From Candidatus Velamenicoccus archaeovorus (GTDB taxonomy: Bacteria; Omnitrophota; Gorgyraeia; Velamenicoccales; Velamenicoccaceae), in the NCBI RefSeq assembly GCF_004102945.1, contig NZ_CP019384.1:390001-422000 (forward strand): 32,000 bases of DNA, given 5' to 3'. The notes under the pieces are model-generated. The model was given only the letters and a program-made list of their open reading frames with translations. It was not told the DNA's origin and searched no databases. Position numbers and translations under genes: made by a program. The stretch's first letter is position 1. Each line of letters starts with the position of its first letter. Positions 15,895-22,772 of the stretch are shown one piece after another.

Positions 15895-16581
15895 ATGGCG
15901 GGTATGCACGGGGCAAGGGCGGATGAGGTCATCAAGCGTCTGAAGAAAAAATATCCCTCTGCCCGCATAGCCCTGCATTCCCGTAATCCTTTGGAGCTTT
16001 TGGTGGCGACCATCCTGTCTGCGCAGTGCACGGATGCGCGCGTGAATCTTGTGACAGAAGGCCTTTTTGAGAAATACAGGACGGCGCAGGATTACGCAGA
16101 GGCCGAACCGGCGACATTGGAGCAGGAGGTCCGCTCGGCGGGGTTTTACCGTCATAAGGCCAAGAATATCATCTCTGCGGCCAAGAAGATCGTTGCCGAC
16201 TTTCATGGGGAGGTGCCGCGGACGATGCCGGAGCTCTTGACGCTCCCAGGCGTGGCGCGCAAGACCGCCAACGTCGTCCTCTACAGCGCGTTCGGCAAAA
16301 ACGAGGGGATCGCCGTAGATACGCATGTGATGCGAACGAGCCGGCGGCTGGGGCTCACGGAACACGATGATCCTGTCAGGATTGAAGAGGACCTGATGCG
16401 CCGGGTGCCGCGGCGCGAGTGGGGGGATTTCAGCCTGCGCCTGATCCTGCATGGCCGCCAGACATGTATGGCGAGGGCGCCGAAGTGTCCGGTATGCATT
16501 TTGGCTTCGGTCTGTCCGTCTAAAAAAATATTCTTTCCGGGAAGTTCAGCCTTATTGAAGGAGACGCATGGAACGCCGTAA
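15895..16581 (+). CDS. nth: Endonuclease III (DNA glycosylase / AP lyase)
   Basis: LLVATILSAQCTD, the HhH-GPD motif LPGVARKTANVVL, DTHV, and the C-terminal 4Fe-4S ligands CxxxxxxCxxCxxxxxC. Confidence 0.9.
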   Translation: MAGMHGARADEVIKRLKKKYPSARIALHSRNPLELLVATILSAQCTDARVNLVTEGLFEKYRTAQDYAEAEPATLEQEVRSAGFYRHKAKNIISAAKKIVADFHGEVPRTMPELLTLPGVARKTANVVLYSAFGKNEGIAVDTHVMRTSRRLGLTEHDDPVRIEEDLMRRVPRREWGDFSLRLILHGRQTCMARAPKCPVCILASVCPSKKIFFPGSSALLKETHGTP

Positions 16582-17086
16582 AAAAGTTTACGAGCCGATC
16601 ACGCCGCAAGAGAAGGAAAACCTGCTGCATGATTATCTGCCGTTCCTTTCCAGGGGGAAATTCGTCAATGTGGCCACCTGCAATGAGGAGCGCATGCCTA
16701 ATGTGGCGCCCAAGCTGATCGCGAAAGTCGACAATAATCTGGTCTATCTTGTCGATTACGTCATGGGATCGACCTACGCGAATCTCAAGACCAATCCACG
16801 CGTTTCCCTCTCTTTCGTCGACGAGAGGACGTTGACGGGTTACCAGTTGAACGGCGCCGTCATTGTGATCGCCTCCGGGGAAGAATTCGACAGGCTTTCC
16901 GAGGAGTTCCAGCAGATCAAGACGAATTTCACGGTCGAGCGCATTTTGTTTAATGTCAGGACAGGAGGAAAGGCCTCGCCTGTGGACCTTACGCTGCCGG
17001 AAAAATTCGTTATCCTGAAGGTGAAGGTTTTTGAAATCGTTGAGATCAGTTCTACCGGCGGCCTGAAATCCAAGTTTGCCCTTTGA
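16568..17086 (+). CDS. Pyridoxamine 5'-phosphate oxidase-like FMN-binding split-barrel protein
   Basis: VATCNEERMPNVAPK...VYLVDYVMGSTYANLKTNPRVSLSF is typical of the PNPOx-like family. Confidence 0.65.
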   Translation: MERRKKVYEPITPQEKENLLHDYLPFLSRGKFVNVATCNEERMPNVAPKLIAKVDNNLVYLVDYVMGSTYANLKTNPRVSLSFVDERTLTGYQLNGAVIVIASGEEFDRLSEEFQQIKTNFTVERILFNVRTGGKASPVDLTLPEKFVILKVKVFEIVEISSTGGLKSKFAL

Positions 17087-17097
17087 TCCGTTTCCAT

Positions 17098-17709
17098 ATG
17101 CCCTTGAGGAACATGCATACACCGGTCAGGACGGCCTTCTGGCGGATAACTCTTTTTTCACTCTTGTCCCTGTCGTTCTTCTCTTCCCGCGGCATGTGCG
17201 ATTTGTCCCCTGAACCGCTGCGCCGGGCACCGGAAATCAAGGGATCCACCTGGTTCAATGTCGATCAATATCCCCATATCAGCCTTAAATCCCTGAGGGG
17301 AAACGTCATTCTTTTGATCTTCTGGGACAGCCAAGACTTGGTTTCGGCAGAGGTGATGCAAAAGATCAATGCCCTGCGCGACCGCTATAAAGACCGGGGG
17401 CTGGAGGTGATCGGCGTCCATGATTCGGGATGGGGGCTGAATGTGTCCGAGGCCATGGTTTTAAACAAGATCCGGGAGCTCGACATCAGATTTCCCGTTG
17501 TTATGGATTCGGAGGGGACGATGCGGGTGGCCTATGATTATCTTGGCGGGGAAAGCCTGTTTCTGATCGACCGCAAGGGGTACATCCGGGGGCAATTCAT
17601 CGTCGGGCTTCCATGGAAAGACATTGAGCTGATGCTCCAGATGCTTCTGGAAGAGGGACACTCCAGGCAATGGGAATTGTATGAGAAAAAGAAAGTCAAG
17701 GGTGTTTGA
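17098..17709 (+). CDS. Secreted thioredoxin-fold (TlpA/redoxin-like) protein lacking the CxxC active site
   Basis: The layout LRGNVILLIFWDSQDLVSAEVMQKINALRDRYKDRGLEVIGVH follows the redoxin pattern (FWAxWCxxC...G..vigv). The WCxxC position reads WDSQDLV. An N-terminal hydrophobic signal is present. The start is uncertain (TTG 17083, ATG 17098 or 17113). Confidence 0.5.
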   Translation: MPLRNMHTPVRTAFWRITLFSLLSLSFFSSRGMCDLSPEPLRRAPEIKGSTWFNVDQYPHISLKSLRGNVILLIFWDSQDLVSAEVMQKINALRDRYKDRGLEVIGVHDSGWGLNVSEAMVLNKIRELDIRFPVVMDSEGTMRVAYDYLGGESLFLIDRKGYIRGQFIVGLPWKDIELMLQMLLEEGHSRQWELYEKKKVKGV

Positions 17710-17712
17710 GAG

Positions 17713-19158
17713 ATGAAAAAAAACAAGTGTGTTTGGCCGCAGGTAAGGCTGAAATTTCTCGGCGGCGTCAGGACAGTAACAGGATCCAGCCATTTGTTGA
17801 CGACGCCGAAATCGCAGGTTTTGATCGATGCCGGATTATTCTACGGCCACCGCGATGAGTTCTACAAGGTCAATACGACGTTTTCCTGCCATCTCTCGAA
17901 GGTGAGTGCCGTCGCGCTGTCCCATGCGCACATCGACCATTGCGGCAATATCCCGACGTTATTGAAACACGGATTGCGTTCGAAGATCTACACGACGTCG
18001 GCCACGCGAGATCTTTGCAAGCAGATGCTGGCGGACAGCGCCAGGGTCCAGGAAGAAGATTTCAGGTATTTGAGAAAAATAGGCCGTGGGTCAGGAGGCC
18101 GCGGCCCGCGGAACGCCCCGCCGTTCCGCGGCCCCCTCTATACCGAACGCGAAGCCCTCCGGGCGTTGGGAAAATTCCGGCCTTTGCATTACGGCCAGAG
18201 GTTTCAGGTGACCCATGATGTGACGTTGACCTTTTATGACGCCGGCCACATCCTCGGCGCCAGCGTCATTCTGATCGAGGTGCGCATGGGCCGCAAGGCG
18301 GTCCGCCTCGGGTATGCCGTTGACCTGGGCAGAAAAAACCTGCCGATGCTCAATGACCCTACCGTCTTGCGCGACCTGGATTATCTTGTGTTGGAATCGA
18401 CCTACGGCGGCAGGATGCACGCCCCCATCTCGGAAGCCAAAGAGAAGCTGCGCGAGACGATCACCAAGACCGTGGCGCGCAAAGGCAAGATCATCATCCC
18501 GGCCTTCGCCCTTGAGCGCACCCAGGAAGTCCTCTATTACATCAGCGAGCTCCTGAAGGAACGGGCGATCCCCGAGATCCCTATCTATGTGGATTCGCCC
18601 CTGGCGACCAGGATCACGGAGGTTTTCCGCAACAACGTCCACTATATGGATCCCAAAGCCAAAAACATGATCCGCAAGGAACACAGCCCCTTTGATTTCG
18701 TGCATCTTCATTATGTGCAGGGGCAGGAGGAGTCCAAGTCCCTCAACAATGACAAGCGTCCGATGATCATCCTGGCCGGTTCCGGCATGTGCGAAGCCGG
18801 CCGCGTCCTGCATCATCTGAAGAACAATATAACGGAATCCCGCAATACGGTCCTTGTTGTTGGGTATATGGCCAAGAACACGCTGGGAAAACGGATCGTG
18901 GACCGCGAGCGCATGGTCAGGATTTACGGCCTGGAGTATGAATTGAACGCCGAGGTGGTCGTGATCAACGCGCTCTCCGGCCACGCGGACTCCAACGACC
19001 TCCTGCATTATGCCCAGGAGTGCTCTCCTTTCAAAAAAGTCTTTCTTGTGCACGGGGATGAAGAACAGACCAAGAGCCTTTATGACCGGCTTTGCGAATA
19101 CAACCTGAATCCTTATATGCCGCAAAAGGACGAAGAGGTGGTCCTTTATGAAGAATGA
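17713..19158 (+). CDS. MBL-fold beta-CASP family RNA-metabolising hydrolase
   Basis: LSHAHIDHCG (HxHxDH), DAGHILGAS, a beta-CASP segment (IIIPAFALERTQEVLY), and C-terminal SGHAD and LVHGD motifs. Confidence 0.85.
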   Translation: MKKNKCVWPQVRLKFLGGVRTVTGSSHLLTTPKSQVLIDAGLFYGHRDEFYKVNTTFSCHLSKVSAVALSHAHIDHCGNIPTLLKHGLRSKIYTTSATRDLCKQMLADSARVQEEDFRYLRKIGRGSGGRGPRNAPPFRGPLYTEREALRALGKFRPLHYGQRFQVTHDVTLTFYDAGHILGASVILIEVRMGRKAVRLGYAVDLGRKNLPMLNDPTVLRDLDYLVLESTYGGRMHAPISEAKEKLRETITKTVARKGKIIIPAFALERTQEVLYYISELLKERAIPEIPIYVDSPLATRITEVFRNNVHYMDPKAKNMIRKEHSPFDFVHLHYVQGQEESKSLNNDKRPMIILAGSGMCEAGRVLHHLKNNITESRNTVLVVGYMAKNTLGKRIVDRERMVRIYGLEYELNAEVVVINALSGHADSNDLLHYAQECSPFKKVFLVHGDEEQTKSLYDRLCEYNLNPYMPQKDEEVVLYEE

Positions 19159-19186
19159 TAGGGGGGTCACCCTGTTAGAGATATGT

Positions 19187-19213
19187 CCCGTTAGAAATGA
19201 GGTTTCTAACGGG
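19187..19213 (+). terminator. Perfect 11-bp stem-loop after the beta-CASP gene (terminator-like, member of the CCCGTTAGA hairpin family)
   Basis: CCCGTTAGAAA-TGAGG-TTTCTAACGGG is followed by ACTTTATAT. Confidence 0.45.
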
Positions 19214-19312
19214 ACTTTATATGTGGGTTCACAGAGAAAAGTTCTGTTTTTTTAACAGATTAACAGATTGGATTTCCCAGTTGATGGATGGGGTCCTGTC
19301 ATCTCTAACGGC

Positions 19313-19341
19313 GTAAACCTTTTGTTTCGTTGTTCGTCTAA
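19313..19341 (+). promoter_or_regulatory. ECF-type promoter candidate for the repeat-protein / sigma / anti-sigma operon
   Basis: GTAAAC (19313-19318), a 16-nt spacer, then CGTCTAA (19335-19341). This matches the general ECF pattern (G/T)nAAC-N16-17-CGTC. It is embedded in a 12-bp perfect inverted repeat, CCTTTTGTTTCG (19318-19329) / CGAAACAAAAGG (19353-19364). Confidence 0.4.
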
Positions 19342-19373
19342 CGTGAAGGAAGCGAAACAAAAGGGAGGATGCT

Positions 19374-20000
19374 ATGAAAAATTTCGCCAAACAATTATTG
19401 TTGATCGGGTTGGGTGTCCTGGTTTTGGCGGGGGGATGTTTTTGTTTTTCTCAGGCGGGTCTGGCCGCGGGCGATGAAGAGGAGTTGTCATCGGCGCCTG
19501 GCCGCTCCGGCCGCGCCGGAGACCTGCGCGAAAAGGCCGATCGTTTAAGACGGGAAGATCCTGAGAAATTCCACCAGCTGGTGCGGGACCGCGCCCAGGC
19601 GCTGCGTGGAAAACTTCGGGACCTTAAAGAAAAAGACCCCCAGAAATACGAACAGGTCGTCGCCAGGATCCGGCAGATGAAGATTGAGCGGCTGCGGCGC
19701 CTCAAGACTGAAGATCCCGAGAAATTCAGCCGGATCATGGAACGTCGGCGTCAAGCTGTCGATAAACGTTTGAGCAGGCTTAAAGAGACCGACCCCCAGA
19801 AATATGAGAAGGTTGTAGCTTTTAAGGAGAAGCTGGGGCATCTGCAGGAACTGCGGCAGAAAGACCCCGAGGCCTTCCGTGAGTTTCTTGAGAAACATCC
19901 GCGTCTCAAGGAGCGGCTGACTTCGGGTCGCCGGGGACACGGAGCGCCGGGGCCGAGAGAGCCGCAACGGAAAGCCGCTGAATATGACGACGTCCGCTGA
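19374..20000 (+). CDS. Secreted helical repeat protein with five L[KR]xxDPxK[FY] repeats
   Basis: A signal peptide (MKNFAKQLLLIGLGVLVLAGGCFCFSQA) is followed by units of about 25 aa: REDPEKFHQL, EKDPQKYEQV, TEDPEKFSRI, ETDPQKYEKV and QKDPEAFREF. The 3' end overlaps the sigma-factor start by 17 nt. Confidence 0.6.
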   Translation: MKNFAKQLLLIGLGVLVLAGGCFCFSQAGLAAGDEEELSSAPGRSGRAGDLREKADRLRREDPEKFHQLVRDRAQALRGKLRDLKEKDPQKYEQVVARIRQMKIERLRRLKTEDPEKFSRIMERRRQAVDKRLSRLKETDPQKYEKVVAFKEKLGHLQELRQKDPEAFREFLEKHPRLKERLTSGRRGHGAPGPREPQRKAAEYDDVR

Positions 20001-20580
20001 TGCCCAAAGAAGCCTGGAGTGCGTGCGCCGTTTTCAGGAAGGCGAGAAGGCCGCGTTCGACGAGCTGGTGAGGATGCATCAGCGGCAGGCTTATGGATTT
20101 GTTTACAGTCTTATTGGGAATGTCGAGGATGCCGCGGATATCCTCCAGGAAGGGTTTCTGCGTGCTTATGAAGGGTTGGGACGGTTTCGGGGAGAATCGG
20201 GATTCAAGACGTGGTTCTACAGGATATTGATCAACCTGACGCGGGACATGCTGCGCCGACGGGGGAGGTCCCGTAAGCTTTTTTCCTATTCGCTCGATGA
20301 AGAGGACGAAAACGGGGCTGCCAAGAGCGTTCCTGATGCGACGTGGAGGCCCGATAAGGCGGCGCAAGAGCATGAATGCGAGAGTGTGCTGAACGGGGCG
20401 TTGTGCGAGCTTTCGGACCGGCAGAGAGAGGCTTTCTCGCTGCGTTATTTCCAGGGGTTGAAGACCGAAGAAGTGGCGCACATCCTGGGGTGCGGGGTCC
20501 CGACAGCCAAGGTGCATATTTTCCGGGCTGTCCGCCATATCGGCAGGATCATGGGGCCGTATATGGACGGGCGTTCGTAA
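19984..20580 (+). CDS. ECF-family RNA polymerase sigma-70 factor
   Basis: Region 2 reads FDELVRMHQRQAYGFVYSLIGNVEDAADILQEGFLRAY...FKTWFYRILIN. Region 4 reads LSDRQREAFSLRYFQGLKTEEVAHILGCGVPTAKVHIFRA. Confidence 0.9.
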   Translation: MTTSADAQRSLECVRRFQEGEKAAFDELVRMHQRQAYGFVYSLIGNVEDAADILQEGFLRAYEGLGRFRGESGFKTWFYRILINLTRDMLRRRGRSRKLFSYSLDEEDENGAAKSVPDATWRPDKAAQEHECESVLNGALCELSDRQREAFSLRYFQGLKTEEVAHILGCGVPTAKVHIFRAVRHIGRIMGPYMDGRS

Positions 20581-20594
20581 CCAGAGAGGGTTTT

Positions 20595-21113
20595 ATGGGT
20601 ATGTGTTTTTTTGTGAAACGAAAACTGCTTGATTTTGCCGAAGGGGATATTCCGGAGTGCCAGGCCGTGCAGGTGCGCGCGCATCTGGAAAGCTGTCCGG
20701 CCTGCCGCGGCCGTTTGGCGGAGATCCGCCGGGGCCTCCAGGCTGCCGGCTTGCATCGAGAAACGCAGATGTCCGAAGATTTCTGGAAGAAGTTCGATGT
20801 CGAGCTGCAGAAGAAGATCTTCGAGCGTGAATGTGAACGCTTCCCCCGCACCGGCCGGCGGTTCGTTTGGGTTGCGTCCGTATGGCGCCCGGCACTCATC
20901 GCGCTTCCCGTCCTGGTCATTATGTTCGCCGTGGCCACGCATCTGAGGGTGTTTTCTCCGGCGGCACGGGAAGAGGCGCTGGTTCGCGATGCGGCTTGGC
21001 TGATGGACGAAGCTTCGGACGAACAAGGCACGCTGTCTTCAGATGACGACATTACGGCCGATATCGAAATCCTTTATCTTGCAGATCCTTCTGCATTCCG
21101 GGAAAATGGATAA
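20595..21113 (+). CDS. Anti-sigma factor (zf-HC2 type) with a single TM helix
   Basis: HLESCPACRGRL carries the Hx3Cx2C motif near the N-terminus, with a TM helix ALIALPVLVIMFAVATHL. The gene is immediately downstream of the ECF sigma. The ATG 20595 start has a GAGAGG SD. Confidence 0.75.
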   Translation: MGMCFFVKRKLLDFAEGDIPECQAVQVRAHLESCPACRGRLAEIRRGLQAAGLHRETQMSEDFWKKFDVELQKKIFERECERFPRTGRRFVWVASVWRPALIALPVLVIMFAVATHLRVFSPAAREEALVRDAAWLMDEASDEQGTLSSDDDITADIEILYLADPSAFRENG

Positions 21114-21187
21114 GCGGTCGTCTCTTTTCGAGTGAGAGGATTTCTTTTCTCGGTTGTGTTGTTTTTCCTTCCCTTGCCTTCCTTGCG

Positions 21188-21379
21188 TTGTTATCCTTGA
21201 AGATTGCACGTGTTCTTTTTTTTCGCATGCACCGGCTCATTCTTGAGGCGAGCCAAGCCATTGCTGTGACAGAAAGGTGGATTGCGGATGTTTGGCGCAA
21301 GCCTCATCCGGCCGCCGTGGCGCTTGACCCAGCCGTTTTGGACCAAGATTCGGAGCCGAAGAAAGTCAAAATATTGTGA
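21188..21379 (+). CDS. Hypothetical small ORF (doubtful)
   Basis: This is an ORF-track entry with a TTG start and an internal ATG giving about 50 aa. No recognisable motif and no clear SD were found. Confidence 0.15.
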   Translation: MLSLKIARVLFFRMHRLILEASQAIAVTERWIADVWRKPHPAAVALDPAVLDQDSEPKKVKIL

Positions 21380-21408
21380 TTGAAAATTTAAAAAATTACT
21401 ATTATGAT
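21380..21408 (+). promoter_or_regulatory. Strong sigma70-like promoter candidate
   Basis: TTGAAA (21380-21385), a 17-nt AT-rich spacer, then TATGAT (21403-21408). An overlapping alternative is TTGTGA (21375-21380) -N17- TACTAT. Confidence 0.5.
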
Positions 21409-21414
21409 ATTAAG

Positions 21415-21787
21415 GAAGATTTAATCCTAAGTAGAAATCCCCAGGCCTTTTGCGATGCGGCCTGGCTGATGGTCAGGGCGGAAGCCCGTGGAATGAATGC
21501 AGTTGTGAAGTTCTTCTGCACCCCGCGCTTATCGGTACCTGGCGCTTTATAGGAATTGCGCCAGTGTTCCCTTGTGGGAAAATGGCGCAGGTGTTTCGCC
21601 TTCTGCGACACCCTGCGCTTATCGGAATGGCGCAGGTGTTTCGCTTTCTGCGAAAGGAGCAAGCCCTGGTCTTTAGGCGAGGGAGGTTTCGCTGACGCAA
21701 CTCGGGTTAGGACATAAGGATGGATACGGTTCTGCAGGAGAAGCAGGCCGTCATTCCAGTAGATTATTCTGGCGCAGGGAGGACACG
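21415..21787 (+). ncRNA. Candidate structured RNA or long 5' leader of unknown class, with internal direct repeats
   Basis: About 370 nt lie between the promoter and the well-supported ATG 21788 (GGGAGG SD). No credible ORF is present. There are several 7-10 bp hairpins, for example CCAGGCC/GGCCTGG, CTGGCGC/GCGCCAG and GCGCAGGTGT/ACACC(C)TGCGC. A 28-nt direct repeat occurs at 21581-21608 and 21626-21653 (27 of 28 identical). GCGCTTATCGG occurs at 21525 and 21615. Confidence 0.3.
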
Positions 21788-22369
21788 ATGCCAATTTCCC
21801 AGAGAAGGGTGTTCCAAAGCGGCTTAATTTTATTCATTTTGTTTGGTTTCGCGCACATGGGCGTTGGCGCAAAACAGTCTATCCGGCTTGGAGATGCGGT
21901 TTCTTCGGAACCTCGGTCAGGAGGGGCGGTCTGTCTTGGTTTTTTCTCGGGTGTCAGAGAGGCTTGGGCTGAGGGAGAAGACGCCAAAGAGACAGAAGTG
22001 AAAAATCAAGAAGCAGAAGCAAAAGATGCAAAAGGCGAGAGCGGGGATTATCCCGAAGAGGTCCGTGATGCGATTGAACGCCGCAGTGCCCGCCGCAATG
22101 AACTCCTGTCCTGGGAAAAGAAGGGCGTGATCGGCGAAAACATGCATGGGCATGTTGAGATCGTCAAGCGGGGGGCTTCCAAAAAAAATAATCTGGTCGC
22201 CTTGGTGGAGCAGGAAAACAGGGACCGTTCTGCGATCTATGCGTATGTCGCAAAAAAGGACAAGGTTTCCGTGAATGAAACGGTTAGGTTTTTCACCCGG
22301 AAGATCCAGACAGAAGCCCCGGCAAAGACACCGATCCAGTGTTTTAACGGAGAGTGGACAGTCAAGTAG
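21788..22369 (+). CDS. DUF1318 (YdbL-like) periplasmic protein
   Basis: A signal peptide and an acidic linker are followed by KKGVIGENMHGHVEIV...LVEQENRDRSAIYAYVAKKDKVSVNETV...GEWTVK, which matches the YdbL family pattern. Confidence 0.75.
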   Translation: MPISQRRVFQSGLILFILFGFAHMGVGAKQSIRLGDAVSSEPRSGGAVCLGFFSGVREAWAEGEDAKETEVKNQEAEAKDAKGESGDYPEEVRDAIERRSARRNELLSWEKKGVIGENMHGHVEIVKRGASKKNNLVALVEQENRDRSAIYAYVAKKDKVSVNETVRFFTRKIQTEAPAKTPIQCFNGEWTVK

Positions 22370-22425
22370 GAAGGGTGAAGGCTTCTTGGCCCCGGCGTCG
22401 CGGCGTTTGCAGAAAGGCGGCATAG

Positions 22426-22659
22426 ATGGAGAAGGTCGTCAAGACATTTGAGAAAAACAAGTTTCAGGAGATCCGTGTCGGCATCACGCAGTACCAGGGC
22501 AATGACCTGATCGACCTGCGTATTTGGGCGCTCAATCAGGGCGGACAGGAGAAAGTGCCGACGGCCAAGGGGATCTCGCTCAACGTCAAGCTCTTCTGGC
22601 ATCTCAAGGAAGCCGTAGAGCTCCTGGAAAAAGAATTGAAAGCCAACAACCTGTTGTAG
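22426..22659 (+). CDS. PC4/YdbC-family single-stranded DNA-binding protein (transcriptional coactivator p15-like)
   Basis: This 77-aa ORF reads EIRVGITQYQGNDLIDLRIW...PTAKGISLNVKLFWHLKEAVE, typical of bacterial PC4-like proteins. Confidence 0.7.
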   Translation: MEKVVKTFEKNKFQEIRVGITQYQGNDLIDLRIWALNQGGQEKVPTAKGISLNVKLFWHLKEAVELLEKELKANNLL

Positions 22660-22772
22660 GTTTTTACCCGCGCACCAGAAAGCCGCGGATGTCCAGCCAT
22701 GGATGGACGGCTCTCGGTGTGGGGTTTAACTTCACGGAAGCCAGAAAAATAAAGATGCCATGGTGAAAAACC

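Noticed and set aside
15309-16452. Two long minus-strand ORFs (240 aa and 223 aa)
   Set aside because: They are antisense to the response regulator and nth, which have diagnostic motifs. The translations are Arg/Pro/Gly-rich shadow sequence.
18091-19170. 359-aa minus-strand ORF
   Set aside because: It is antisense to the beta-CASP hydrolase and has no recognisable motifs.
20376-20594. Upstream extension of the anti-sigma ORF and the overlapping alternative-frame ORFs at 20445-21052
   Set aside because: The extension overlaps the sigma-factor coding region in another frame. ATG 20595 has a proper SD and begins the zf-HC2 domain. The other frames are GC-driven shadows.
21132-21200. 22-aa hydrophobic GTG ORF after the anti-sigma gene as the N-terminus of a frameshifted secreted protein joined to 21188-21379
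   Set aside because: Joining the two frames needs an unsupported frameshift. The nearby T8 run (21216-21223) lies after the required junction. No family similarity was recognised.
21415-21787. Known riboswitch or housekeeping RNA classes (cobalamin, TPP, c-di-GMP, ydaO, fluoride, 6S, SRP, RNase P)
   Set aside because: I could not find the conserved cores I remember (for example the B12 box GCCACTG, CUGAGA...ACCUGA, GAGGAAAGUCCGG, or the SRP GGAAGCAGCC context). This is an eyeball check only, not a covariance search.
21402-21794. 130-aa minus-strand ORF with a repeated SQKAKHLRH
   Set aside because: The peptide repeat merely reflects the 45-nt DNA direct repeat. The ORF has no SD and an odd composition. 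The region is better read as non-coding RNA or leader on the plus strand.
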